NCBI GenBank assembly: GCA_039028615.1
Contig: JBCCHT010000031.1
Span: forward strand, 32,001 to 96,000
DNA from: Myxococcota bacterium
GTDB taxonomy: Bacteria > Myxococcota_A > Polyangia > Nannocystales > Nannocystaceae
Direction: 5' to 3'
Length of the DNA stretch: 64,000 nucleotides
Of this stretch, positions 9,911 to 19,275 are shown in pieces (positions within the stretch are counted from its first letter, which is position 1; every line of letters begins with the position of its first letter). Both the position numbers and the translations under genes were made by a program. The notes under the pieces were generated by a model. The model worked only from the letters and a program-made list of their open reading frames with translations. It was not told the origin of the DNA and made no database searches.

Positions 9911-11019
9911 ACACAAAGCCCCTGGTTTTGGACGTCCGGGTCCCCTCCGAAGACCTCAGCTATCACGTACGGGTGGGGGACGGGCTGCTGTCCCGCCTCG
10001 GGGCCGAGCTCGCTCGCGGGCGAGAGCCGGGCCGCGTCGCGCTGATCTCCGACACCAACGTCCTGCCTTTGTATGGCCCGAGGGTCCGGCAGAGCCTCGA
10101 GGCCGCGGGCTTCTCCGTCATCGAGCAGGTGGTGCAAGCGGGCGAGGCGAGCAAGAACCCCGACGAGCTCGTGCGCCTGGTCGGGGCGCTGGTCGAGCGC
10201 GGCATCGGTCGCCGCGATCTGGTCGTCGCCCTCGGCGGCGGGGTGGTGGGCGACCTGGGCGGCCTGGTGGCGGCGCTGTTCATGCGCGGCATCGATTTCG
10301 TGCAGTGCCCCACCTCGCTTTTGGCCCAGGTCGATGCCTCGGTGGGAGGCAAGGTCGCGGTCGACCTTCCTTCGGGCAAGAACCTGCTGGGCGCGTTTCA
10401 TTTTCCTCGGGCGGTGCTCATCGACACTTCGGTGTTGACCACGCTGCCCGACGACGAGCTCGGTTGCGGCCTCGCCGAGATGCTCAAGCACGGCGCGTTG
10501 TTCTCGGTCGAGCACTTCGATCACTTGGTGGAGCACGCCGATGCCCTCTATGCCCGCGACGCGGCGATCTTGCCTCGCTTGGTCGCCACTTCGGTCGCGC
10601 TCAAGGCGGCCTGTGTCAGCCGCGATCCGCTCGAGATGGCGGCGGCGGGCAAGGGGCGGGTGCTGCTCAACCTCGGTCACACCATCGGCCACGCCATCGA
10701 GTCGGCGTCCGAATTCGGACTTCGTCACGGGGAGGCGGTCGCGCTCGGCCTACGGGCGGCGGCGCGCCTGTCCGAGGCCAAGTCCTTTGCCCCGGCTGGG
10801 CTCGAAGAGCGCATCGTCCAGGCGCTCACGGCTCTCCGCCTTCCCACCGACCTGGACGCGTGGCTCACCGGCGATCGAGCGGACGCGCTGCGGCCCGCGT
10901 TGATGAACGACAAGAAGCGCGCGGGGTCCACGGTGACCTACATCGGGCTGGCCGCGATCGGCGAACCTCGCACCGCTCAGCTGACGCCCGACGAGATCTT
11001 GACTTTGTTGCAGCGCTGA
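9907..11019 (+). CDS. aroB: 3-dehydroquinate synthase
   Basis: ALGGGVVGDLGG, PTSLLAQVDASVGGK, GKNLLGAF, LNLGHTIGHAIE, HGEAVALG, DKK. Confidence 0.95.
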   Translation: MNTKPLVLDVRVPSEDLSYHVRVGDGLLSRLGAELARGREPGRVALISDTNVLPLYGPRVRQSLEAAGFSVIEQVVQAGEASKNPDELVRLVGALVERGIGRRDLVVALGGGVVGDLGGLVAALFMRGIDFVQCPTSLLAQVDASVGGKVAVDLPSGKNLLGAFHFPRAVLIDTSVLTTLPDDELGCGLAEMLKHGALFSVEHFDHLVEHADALYARDAAILPRLVATSVALKAACVSRDPLEMAAAGKGRVLLNLGHTIGHAIESASEFGLRHGEAVALGLRAAARLSEAKSFAPAGLEERIVQALTALRLPTDLDAWLTGDRADALRPALMNDKKRAGSTVTYIGLAAIGEPRTAQLTPDEILTLLQR

Positions 11020-11047
11020 ATCCCGCGCTGCTACGCTCGATCCGTCG

Positions 11048-11908
11048 ATGGCACGCTTCGGAGGAATCTTGGCGGGTACGGGGCTCTTTGCGGGCGTCGT
11101 GTTCTTGGGTCTTTCGGGGCTGAGCTGCGCAAACGAGCAGGAGCCGCTCATCGTCTTGCACACGCTGGCGGGCGAGCCCTCCGATCCGAACGAGCAGGGC
11201 ATCGTCCAGTGCGAGTACAACTCGGGCGGACCGGTGCGCACCTCGGGTCGCTTCGACGTGCGCACGGGGGTCGCCTACCAGATGGCGCCCGTCGTGCTCA
11301 ACAACCTCGCCGCGCGGGTGAACGCTTCGAATACCGGGGTCAACGACAGCGAGCTGCAGCTCATGTCCGAAGTGGACATCCGGCTCAACGTGCCCTCTGA
11401 AGTGCGCGATGCCATGGGCACCGACGACGCGGGCAATGCTCTGCCGCTCACGTTCACGGCCAACATCGCGACCGACTCCATCGGGCCCAGCGACGAGTTC
11501 GTGGCCATCCTCGACGTCATCCCGGCCGACTACGCGGTCGCGTTCCAAGAGGGCATCGCCTACGGCGACGAAGTCGACGCTTCGGTCGACATCATCTTCC
11601 ACGCCACGCGCACGGGTAACTCCCGGGGCAACGCGGGCGTGCTCGACTCGCGGCGCTACTCGTTCCCGATCTCGCTGTGCAACGGGTGCCTGGTCTTCTC
11701 GTGCACGTGCGACACCAACGACGAGTGCGAGCTCGGCAGCGAGACCTTCTGGGGTCACTGCGGCGTCGGGGCCGACGTGTTCGGCGACGGCTTCAGTTGC
11801 TCCGACCCGCTCCCCGCGACCGGCACGGGCGCGACCACGGGCGACATGGACGACGGCAGCACCAGCCTGCCCCCGGACCCGCCCCCCACGACCACCGCGA
11901 CCGGTTGA
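11048..11908 (+). CDS. Hypothetical lipoprotein with a Cys-rich C-terminus
   Basis: Lipobox LSGLSC, FPISLCNGCL...C..C...C cluster and a Thr/Pro tail; strong coding bias. Confidence 0.75.
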   Translation: MARFGGILAGTGLFAGVVFLGLSGLSCANEQEPLIVLHTLAGEPSDPNEQGIVQCEYNSGGPVRTSGRFDVRTGVAYQMAPVVLNNLAARVNASNTGVNDSELQLMSEVDIRLNVPSEVRDAMGTDDAGNALPLTFTANIATDSIGPSDEFVAILDVIPADYAVAFQEGIAYGDEVDASVDIIFHATRTGNSRGNAGVLDSRRYSFPISLCNGCLVFSCTCDTNDECELGSETFWGHCGVGADVFGDGFSCSDPLPATGTGATTGDMDDGSTSLPPDPPPTTTATG

Positions 11909-12080
11909 TTCCTCTCATCGGGCGATCCCTTGCCACCGGTCCCCGTGCGGGCCTTTGCGCGATGGATCCTCGAGGTACCGAAACCTGCGCTAAGGGCGCT
12001 TGACCCCAGGGCCCCACCTCTGACAAGCTACCTTTGCGGGTGAGCGCTCCATGTCCGGTGGCGGCCCGTCCCGTTTGCCC

Positions 12081-12440
12081 ATGCTCTTCGACACCCTCCG
12101 AAAGATCGTAGACGAGACCGACGGCGCCACTGGGGCCATCTTGATGGGCTTCGACGGCATTGCCGTCATGCAAGCGCTCGCCAAGGGTCACGAGAAGACC
12201 GACATCGAGTCGATGGCGATGGAGTTCTCGTTCCGCTTCATCGAGCTGCAAAAAGCGGCGAAGTCGCTCGACATGGGTGAGGTCAGCGATATCACCATCA
12301 AAGCGGCCGGGGCCACGGTGCTGTGCCGCGTGCTGACCGACGAATACTTCGTCGCGGTGGTCATGCACGATCCGGCGCAGTACGGAAAGGGCCGCTGGAT
12401 GCTGCGGTCCTCGGCCGACGAGTTGGTCGCCCAGCTCTGA
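12081..12440 (+). CDS. mglC: Roadblock/LC7 domain protein, MglC-like (MglB paralog)
   Basis: LRKIVDETDGATGAILMGFDGIAV...GKGRWMLR fits the roadblock family. Position between pilQ and accB/accC matches Myxococcus mglC. Start may be 12051 or 12081. Confidence 0.75.
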   Translation: MLFDTLRKIVDETDGATGAILMGFDGIAVMQALAKGHEKTDIESMAMEFSFRFIELQKAAKSLDMGEVSDITIKAAGATVLCRVLTDEYFVAVVMHDPAQYGKGRWMLRSSADELVAQL

Positions 12441-12619
12441 GGAGCGAAGCCGCAGACCGGCCGTTCGTTCGAGCGTGGCGCGGAGCCCTGCGCAGGGGAC
12501 CGTGCAAGGGCCCTCGCACCCTTGGGTCATGCTCGTACGAGCGTTTGTACGGCGTGAGCGAAGGGGTCTGGCAGGGGTAGCGTCGCCTCCCAATCCTCTC
12601 CACAATGGCCGGCGAATTC

Positions 12620-13084
12620 ATGGCTGAGTCCATGCCCGCAGTGTTGGTGCTCCACGGCCCCAACCTCAATCTCCTCGGCCAGCGCGAGCCGGAGCACTAC
12701 GGTCGGCAGACCTTGGCTCAGCTCGACGCATCGCTGGTCGAGCGTGGTCGACAGCTCGGCTTGGCCGTGCGCTGCGAGCAAGCCAATGGCGAAGGGGCGC
12801 TCATCGACCAGCTACACGAAGCCGGTCGAACCTGCGTGGGAGTGGTCATCAATCCCGGTGGGTACACCCACACTTCGGTGGCCATCGCCGATGCCCTTCG
12901 TGCGATCGCGATACCCGCGATCGAGGTTCACCTTTCCAACATCTTTGCGCGGGATCCTCTGCGGCATCGCTCCCTGACCGGGGCGGCATGCCAGGGGGTG
13001 ATCATGGGCCTCGGCCCGTCGTCGTACCATCTCGCGTTGCACCATCTCGCCCAGGGACTCGAGTCCGCGGGCGAGCAGTCCTGA
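12620..13084 (+). CDS. aroQ: Type II 3-dehydroquinate dehydratase
   Basis: LHGPNLNLLGQREPEHYG, INPGGYTHTSVAIADA and IEVHLSN. Start uncertain (12605, 12620 or 12632). Confidence 0.95.
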   Translation: MAESMPAVLVLHGPNLNLLGQREPEHYGRQTLAQLDASLVERGRQLGLAVRCEQANGEGALIDQLHEAGRTCVGVVINPGGYTHTSVAIADALRAIAIPAIEVHLSNIFARDPLRHRSLTGAACQGVIMGLGPSSYHLALHHLAQGLESAGEQS

Positions 13085-13128
13085 CGCTCCTCTTTCTCCA
13101 ACGCACACCCCGATTTCGCGGAGCTTTC

Positions 13129-13629
13129 ATGTCCAAGACCCGTGACCCGAACCTGCCGGACCTCGACTACATTCGCGAGCTGGCCAAGGTCTTCAAGCGC
13201 TACGAACTCGACGAGATCGAGATCGAGACCGGTGAGCAGCGCGTGTTGTTGCGTCGCAGCGACACCCCCGCTCCGGTGGTTGCCGTGCCGACGCCCGTCG
13301 CGGCTCCGGCCCCCGCCGCCGTGGCCGCTCCGGCCGCCCCGGCTCCCGCCGCCGCTGCTCCTGCTGCCAAGCCGCCGGCCGAGCCCGTCGGCGAGTTCAT
13401 CACCTCACCCTTCGTCGGCACCTTCTACCGCGCCGCGCGTCCCGACACCCCACACTTCGTGGAGGTCGGCAGCACGGTCGAGCCGGGCGCCACGGTGTGC
13501 ATCGTCGAGGCGATGAAGCTCTTCAACGAGATCGAGGCCGAAGAGGCCTATCGCATCGAAGAGTGCCTGGTCGAGAACGCGGAAGCCGTCGAGTTCGGCA
13601 CCAAGCTGTTCCGGGTAACCAAGCTGTGA
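13129..13629 (+). CDS. accB: Acetyl-CoA carboxylase biotin carboxyl carrier protein
   Basis: Ala/Pro linker, SPFVGTFY and the EAMKL biotinylation motif; ATG at 13129 after GGAG. Confidence 0.95.
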   Translation: MSKTRDPNLPDLDYIRELAKVFKRYELDEIEIETGEQRVLLRRSDTPAPVVAVPTPVAAPAPAAVAAPAAPAPAAAAPAAKPPAEPVGEFITSPFVGTFYRAARPDTPHFVEVGSTVEPGATVCIVEAMKLFNEIEAEEAYRIEECLVENAEAVEFGTKLFRVTKL

Positions 13630-15002
13630 CCCAAGAGATTCGCAAAGTTCTCGTGGCCAATCGCGGCGAGATCGCCTTGCGGGTGATCCGAGCGTGCCGC
13701 GAGATGGGCATCCGTACGGTAGCCATCTACTCGACCGTCGACGAGGCGGCCCTGCACGTGCGCTTCGCCGATGAAGCGCTGTGCGTCGGGCCGGGTTCGG
13801 CCACCGAGAGCTACCTCAACATCCGCAACCTGATCGCAGCCGCCGAGTTGGCGGGGGCCGACGCGGTGCACCCCGGCTACGGGTTCCTGGCCGAGCGCCC
13901 GGACTTCGCCGCCGTGTGCCACAAGTGTGGGCTCAACTTCATCGGCCCGTCGCCGGAGCACATGCGGCTCATGGGCGACAAGGTGCAGGCCCGCGAGCGC
14001 ATGCAGGAGGCCGGTGTGCCGGTCCTGCCCGGCACCGGCGTGCTCCAGAGCCCGCAAGAGGCCATCGAGGCCGCGGAGCGCATCGGTCTTCCCGTCATCC
14101 TGAAGGCTTCGGCCGGCGGTGGTGGGCGCGGCATGAAGATCATCCGCGACATGGACAAGCTCGCGGGGATGGTCGAGACGGCCCAGGCCGAGGCGCTCGC
14201 CGCCTTCGGTGACGGCTCCGTCTACGTCGAGCGCTACGTCGAGAGCCCGCGCCACATCGAGGTGCAGGTCGTCGCCGATCAGCACGGCAACTGCATCGAC
14301 CTGCTCGAGCGCGAGTGCTCGATCCAGCGCCGTCACCAGAAGGTGATCGAGGAAGCCCCCGCCGCCTGCCTCCCCGAGGAGGTCGGCCAGCGGATCCGCG
14401 CGGCCGCGGTCACCGCAGCCAAGGCGATCGGCTACCACTCGGTCGGCACCGTCGAGTTCCTGCTCGACGGCGACGACTTCTACTTCATGGAGATGAACAC
14501 CCGGATCCAGGTCGAGCACTGCGTGACCGAGATGATCACGGGCGTCGACCTGGTCCAGGAACAAATCCGGTTGGCTACCGGAGAACCCCTGGGCCACCTC
14601 GATCGCGAACATCGCGCACGGGGCCATGCCATCGAGTGCCGGATCAACGCGGAAGATCCCATCAAGTTCACGCCGCAGCCCGGCGTGATCACCGAGGTGA
14701 ACTTCCCCGGTGGGTACGGAGTTCGGGTCGATAGCCACGTCTACGGCGGCTATCGGATCTCCCCACACTACGACTCGATGATCGCCAAGCTCGTCGTCCA
14801 TGCCCCGACACGGGATCAGGCCGTAGCGCGGATGAAGCGCGCTTTGGGGGAGCTCGTGGTGGAGGGGATCCGCACCAACACCGCGCTGCACCGCTGGATC
14901 ATGCAGCACCCCATCTTCCTAAGCGGCCGCTACGACACGCACTTTTTGGAGCAGAACCTGGATCCGGAAGCGATTCTCGCGGTCGCGGAGGATCAGAACT
15001 AA
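13626..15002 (+). CDS. accC: Acetyl-CoA carboxylase biotin carboxylase subunit
   Basis: KVLVANRGEIALR, HPGYGFLAE, GGGGRG, ERECSIQRRHQK, EMNTRIQVEH; GTGA overlap with accB. Confidence 0.96.
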   Translation: MTQEIRKVLVANRGEIALRVIRACREMGIRTVAIYSTVDEAALHVRFADEALCVGPGSATESYLNIRNLIAAAELAGADAVHPGYGFLAERPDFAAVCHKCGLNFIGPSPEHMRLMGDKVQARERMQEAGVPVLPGTGVLQSPQEAIEAAERIGLPVILKASAGGGGRGMKIIRDMDKLAGMVETAQAEALAAFGDGSVYVERYVESPRHIEVQVVADQHGNCIDLLERECSIQRRHQKVIEEAPAACLPEEVGQRIRAAAVTAAKAIGYHSVGTVEFLLDGDDFYFMEMNTRIQVEHCVTEMITGVDLVQEQIRLATGEPLGHLDREHRARGHAIECRINAEDPIKFTPQPGVITEVNFPGGYGVRVDSHVYGGYRISPHYDSMIAKLVVHAPTRDQAVARMKRALGELVVEGIRTNTALHRWIMQHPIFLSGRYDTHFLEQNLDPEAILAVAEDQN

Positions 15003-15020
15003 AGTAGCGGCTGGCAACCG

Positions 15021-17897
15021 GTGGCCTTCAGCAAGCCAAAGGCGCACGAGCGGGCGGAGCGTTATGCCGCCAAGGGGCAGCACGACAAGGCCGCCCGCGA
15101 GTACCAGACGATCGTCGAGCACGATCCGAAGGATATTCGCGCGTGGCTCATGTGGGCCGACTGTCTCGTGCGCTGTGGCGATCGACCGGGCGCGGTCGAG
15201 CGCTACGAGCGAGTGGCCACCTATTACGTCGAGGCCAAAGAGGACAACAAGGCGCTCGCCGTCTATCGCCAGGTGCTCAACCTGGCGCCGCAGCGGCTCG
15301 ACGTGCAGACCAAAGTGGCCGCGCTGAACCTTCGGCTCGGCCACACCCAAGACGCGATCGCGCTGTACGAGCGGATCGGTCACGCGCAGATGCAGCTCGG
15401 TCGCATGGGCGAGGCGTTGGCGACCTACGAGATCGTCGCCGACATCGATCCCACCGCGGTCGCGAGGCGCCTGCGCTTGGCCGAGTTGTTCTCCCGAGAA
15501 AAACGCACCAAGGAGGCGGTCCGCGCCTTCGAAATGGCCGGCGACGAGCTGCACGACGCGGGGCGCATGGCCGACTACGTGCGGGTGGCCGAGCGCCTGC
15601 TCTTTCACGACGAGAGCCAGGTCGACGTCATCCGCAAGCTGTCGCGCGCCTACCTCGAGCTGGGGGATCCCCGGCGCGCGCTGATGAAGCTCAACGGGCT
15701 GCTTCGAACCAACTCGCGGGACGAAGAGGGCATCGAGCTGCTCGCCGAGACCTTCATGAGCCTGGGCAAGCCCGAGAAGGCGCTCAGCGCTCTCGAAGAG
15801 CTGGCGCGGGCGCTCAAGGCCAAGGGCCCCGACGCCAAGGCCGACACCATTCGAATCCTGCGGCGAGGCCTGCAGTGGCGACCCGCCCACGTGGAGTTCC
15901 GCGAGGCGCTGACCGAGCTCGAAGGGCGTCGCCGTAGCGGTCCGCAGCCCACGGTGCCGGCGGCCGCTGCCGCGGCCGAAGAGTCCGACGAGATCGATCT
16001 CGACACCATTGACGAAGGCGACCTCGTCGAGCTCGACGACGACGATCTGGTCATCGAAGAGGGCAGCGATGCCCGGGCCGCCGACCAGGTCTCCGCCGTC
16101 ACGCCGAGCGAGCCGCCCACCAAGGTGGCCCTGCCCGAGGCGGGCAGCTCCGCCCCCGGCACGCGACGCACCACCGAGATGGAGGCCGTGCCCTCCGTCG
16201 AGTCCTCGCTGACGCAGAGCGTGCTGTCCGAGGTCGCGGGCGATTCCCCCGATGTCGAGAGCCTCACCGACTTCGACAAGATCCTGTTCGAGGCCCGCGT
16301 CTACATCAAGTACCGGCTCTTCGAGCACTCGCTCGACCACATCCTCACCGCGCTGGGGCAGCAGCCCATGCACATCGGTGCGCTCAGCCTGCAGGCGCGG
16401 GCGCTGACCGAGCTGCAGCGCGGCGAAGAAGCGGCCGACGTCCACGTCAAGGTCGCCGAGCTGGTCGCGCCCAACGATCCCAAGCTGGCGCGCGAGCACC
16501 TGTCGGCCGCGACGGCGCTGGTCGAGGGCCACGCCGGAGCCGAGGCTCTGGCGGCTCAGGTCGCCCCCCGCGATTCGGTGGCCGTGCCCGTGCCCGTCGC
16601 CGAGCACGACGAGCACGGCGACAGCGGAGCCTTCGACCTGCTCACCGACAGCTACGCGGGCCAGAGCGCCACGGGGATGCCGGTCGAGAGCAGCACCTCG
16701 GGGCCCATTCCCATCTCCGTCGAGGACGAGCCGGCCGAGCCCGCCGCCAACCTCATCGACGCGCACGAGCATTCCGACGAGGACGTCGAGGAGTCGACGC
16801 AGCCCTTCACGCCCGTCGATCCGTCGCTGCTCGAGGAAGAGCCCGTCCCGGCGGAGCCAGAGCCAGAGCCGGAGCCGGCGCAGACCGGCCGCACGCTCAC
16901 CCCGTACGGCAATGTGCCCGAGGAGGCACCGCGGACCGGTCGCACGCTCGTGCAGATCCCGGCCATGGGCGACGACGGCGTGGAGGTGCCCGAAGGCGGG
17001 GAGACGCCATCGCTCGACTTCGGGACCGGAGCGGACGACGACCTCGAGCTCGATCTTCCGCCCGACATGGCCGAGGCGGAGGCCCCGGCCGTCGCCGAAG
17101 AGCCCGCGGCCGCCGAGGCCGAGCCGGCGGTGGCCCAGGCCCCGGTCGCGGCTGAAGCACCCGCGGGGGGCTGGCCCGACATCTCCGACGATCTGGCCGA
17201 GGTGCGCTTCTATCTCGACCAGGGTCTCGACGAGGACGCCGAGGCGGCGCTCGAAGACCTCGATCAGCGCTACCCGGGGCACCCCGAGATCCGGGCCCTC
17301 CGGGGCGGTCCCGCCGAGGAAGAGGAAGCACCCGCCGTGCTGCTCGAGGCCGAGGCAGCCGAGCCCCTGTTCGATGTCGACGAGCCCAGCGCGGCGACGC
17401 CTCTGCTCAGCTTCGACGAGGACGAGGACGAGGACGACTACCTCAGCTCGATCTTCGCCGAGCCCAGCGAGCGGGAGAACAAGCCCAGTGCGGCGGCCAC
17501 CTCCGATGGCGGCGGTGCGGGGGCCAACCTCGCCGAGGGCCAGTCGGTGGATGCCGCCACCGCGTTCGACCTGGGCGTGGCGTACCGAGAGATGGGCCTG
17601 GTCGATGCGGCCATCGCTCAATTCGAAGGGGCCGCTGGCGATCCGCAGTGGCGAGCCCGCGCGCTCACCATGTTGGGCGCCTTGCGAGTTCATCAGGGCC
17701 AGACCGAAGTCGCCATCGCCAACCTGCAAGAAGCGGTCGGCCTGGCGAGCACCGGACCGGAGTCTTCCGAGGCCGCCTACGAGCTCGCGGTGCTCTACGA
17801 AAAACTGGGAGACACGTCGTCGGCAGTGCAACAGCTGCAGAGCGTGACCCCCGGGTATCGCGACCGCGACCAGCGCTTGGCTGCGCTGGGGGGTTGA
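15021..17897 (+). CDS. sgmX: Multi-TPR protein, SgmX-like (T4P activation / MglA effector)
   Basis: N-terminal TPR array, acidic linkers, middle TPRs and C-terminal TPRs (AFDLGVAYREMGLVDAAIAQFE). Immediately after accC, as sgmX is in Myxococcus. Confidence 0.7.
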   Translation: MAFSKPKAHERAERYAAKGQHDKAAREYQTIVEHDPKDIRAWLMWADCLVRCGDRPGAVERYERVATYYVEAKEDNKALAVYRQVLNLAPQRLDVQTKVAALNLRLGHTQDAIALYERIGHAQMQLGRMGEALATYEIVADIDPTAVARRLRLAELFSREKRTKEAVRAFEMAGDELHDAGRMADYVRVAERLLFHDESQVDVIRKLSRAYLELGDPRRALMKLNGLLRTNSRDEEGIELLAETFMSLGKPEKALSALEELARALKAKGPDAKADTIRILRRGLQWRPAHVEFREALTELEGRRRSGPQPTVPAAAAAAEESDEIDLDTIDEGDLVELDDDDLVIEEGSDARAADQVSAVTPSEPPTKVALPEAGSSAPGTRRTTEMEAVPSVESSLTQSVLSEVAGDSPDVESLTDFDKILFEARVYIKYRLFEHSLDHILTALGQQPMHIGALSLQARALTELQRGEEAADVHVKVAELVAPNDPKLAREHLSAATALVEGHAGAEALAAQVAPRDSVAVPVPVAEHDEHGDSGAFDLLTDSYAGQSATGMPVESSTSGPIPISVEDEPAEPAANLIDAHEHSDEDVEESTQPFTPVDPSLLEEEPVPAEPEPEPEPAQTGRTLTPYGNVPEEAPRTGRTLVQIPAMGDDGVEVPEGGETPSLDFGTGADDDLELDLPPDMAEAEAPAVAEEPAAAEAEPAVAQAPVAAEAPAGGWPDISDDLAEVRFYLDQGLDEDAEAALEDLDQRYPGHPEIRALRGGPAEEEEAPAVLLEAEAAEPLFDVDEPSAATPLLSFDEDEDEDDYLSSIFAEPSERENKPSAAATSDGGGAGANLAEGQSVDAATAFDLGVAYREMGLVDAAIAQFEGAAGDPQWRARALTMLGALRVHQGQTEVAIANLQEAVGLASTGPESSEAAYELAVLYEKLGDTSSAVQQLQSVTPGYRDRDQRLAALGG

Positions 17898-17951
17898 TCT
17901 CCGGTCGTCCACCGCTTGTTGCGGGCCCCGTTGCCACGCCAAAGTGAGGGC

Positions 17952-19160
17952 GTGAGCGACGAAGAGACGAAACTCGGCCCCTCGACCTTGGCTGTGCACG
18001 GGGGAGAGCCGGCGGTGCGTATCGATCGCTCGCTCACCACTCCGGTCGTCAACGCCAGCGCTTATCCCTTCGAGAACACGGCCGAGCTCGTGGACTACAT
18101 GGAGGGGAGGGTGGAGCGACCGGCCGAGTACGGGCGCTACGGCAACCCCACCGTCGAGCGAGCCGAGGCCAAGCTGGCTGTGCTCGAAGGCGGCCAGGCG
18201 GGCCTGCTCTTGTCCTCGGGCATGGCCGCGATCACCACGACGCTCCTGGCGATGCTCCGACAGGGCCAGCACATCGTGCTGACCCGCGACGCGTATCGCA
18301 AGACGCGGGTCTTCGCTCGGCAGGTGCTCGCCCGCTACGGGGTGGAGGTCGACATCGTGGAGCCCACCGCCGACGCGGTGATCGACGCGATGAAGGACAA
18401 CACCCGCATCGTGTTCACCGAGGCCCCGACCAACCCCTACTTGCGGGTCATCGATCTGGCGCGGGTGGTGAAGGAAGCCAAGGCGCGGCGGATCAAGACG
18501 GTCATCGACGCGACCTTCGGTACGCCGGTCAACATGCGGCCGCTCGAGCACGGGGTCGACTTGGTGATCCACTCCGCGACCAAGTACCTCGGCGGTCACA
18601 ACGACCTGTTGGCGGGGGCGGTCATCGGCAAGGCGCCGCTGGTGGGGGCGATCCGCGAGCACCTGGGCATGGTGGGCGCCATCGTCGATCCGCAGACGGC
18701 CTTCCTGTTGCTGCGCGGGCTCAAGACCCTCGCGCTGCGGGTGCGGCAGCAAAACGAGACCGCGCTGCGGCTGGCGGGAGTGCTGGCCGAAGATCCTCGG
18801 GTCGAGCGGGTGTGGTACCCGATGCACCCGAGCCACCCCGACCACGAGATGGCCACGCGTTACCTCAGCGGGGGCGGCGGGGTCGTCTCGTTCGAACTCC
18901 ACGGCGGACTCCCGGCCGGCACTCGCTTCGTGGATGCGATGCGCATTCCCAAGCTCGCGCCCAGCCTCGGCGGCGTGGAGAGCCTCGTCGAGCAGCCGGC
19001 CTTGATGAGCTTCTACGAGCTGTCTCCCGACGAGCGCGCCGCCATCGGCATTTCCGAGGGCCTGGTGCGACTGAGCGTGGGCATCGAAGAGGCCGACGAC
19101 CTCGAGGCCGACCTGCGGCAGGCCCTCGCTGCGGTCGATGCCAAGGGCGGAACGGCGTAG
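17952..19160 (+). CDS. PLP-dependent transsulfuration enzyme (cystathionine gamma-synthase/lyase family)
   Basis: YGRYGNPT, SSGMAAI, EAPTNP, HSATKYLGGHND (PLP lysine), SLGGVESL, LVRLSVGIE. Confidence 0.92.
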   Translation: MSDEETKLGPSTLAVHGGEPAVRIDRSLTTPVVNASAYPFENTAELVDYMEGRVERPAEYGRYGNPTVERAEAKLAVLEGGQAGLLLSSGMAAITTTLLAMLRQGQHIVLTRDAYRKTRVFARQVLARYGVEVDIVEPTADAVIDAMKDNTRIVFTEAPTNPYLRVIDLARVVKEAKARRIKTVIDATFGTPVNMRPLEHGVDLVIHSATKYLGGHNDLLAGAVIGKAPLVGAIREHLGMVGAIVDPQTAFLLLRGLKTLALRVRQQNETALRLAGVLAEDPRVERVWYPMHPSHPDHEMATRYLSGGGGVVSFELHGGLPAGTRFVDAMRIPKLAPSLGGVESLVEQPALMSFYELSPDERAAIGISEGLVRLSVGIEEADDLEADLRQALAAVDAKGGTA

Positions 19161-19236
19161 TCCGGCGCGTCGCATCGCGCGGCCGGCTCGGAAACGGCGG
19201 TCGGCTTCGCGCGGTCTCGGCGGCCATGGCGACGTC

Positions 19237-19267
19237 TTGCTGGGCCCCAATGCGTCACGTACCGTCG
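19237..19267 (+). promoter_or_regulatory. Putative promoter of tandem lipoprotein 1
   Basis: TTGCTG, 17 bp, TACCGT. The 13-mer TCACGTACCGTCG is identical to the one upstream of paralog 2. Confidence 0.5.
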
Positions 19268-19275
19268 GCCCCCTG

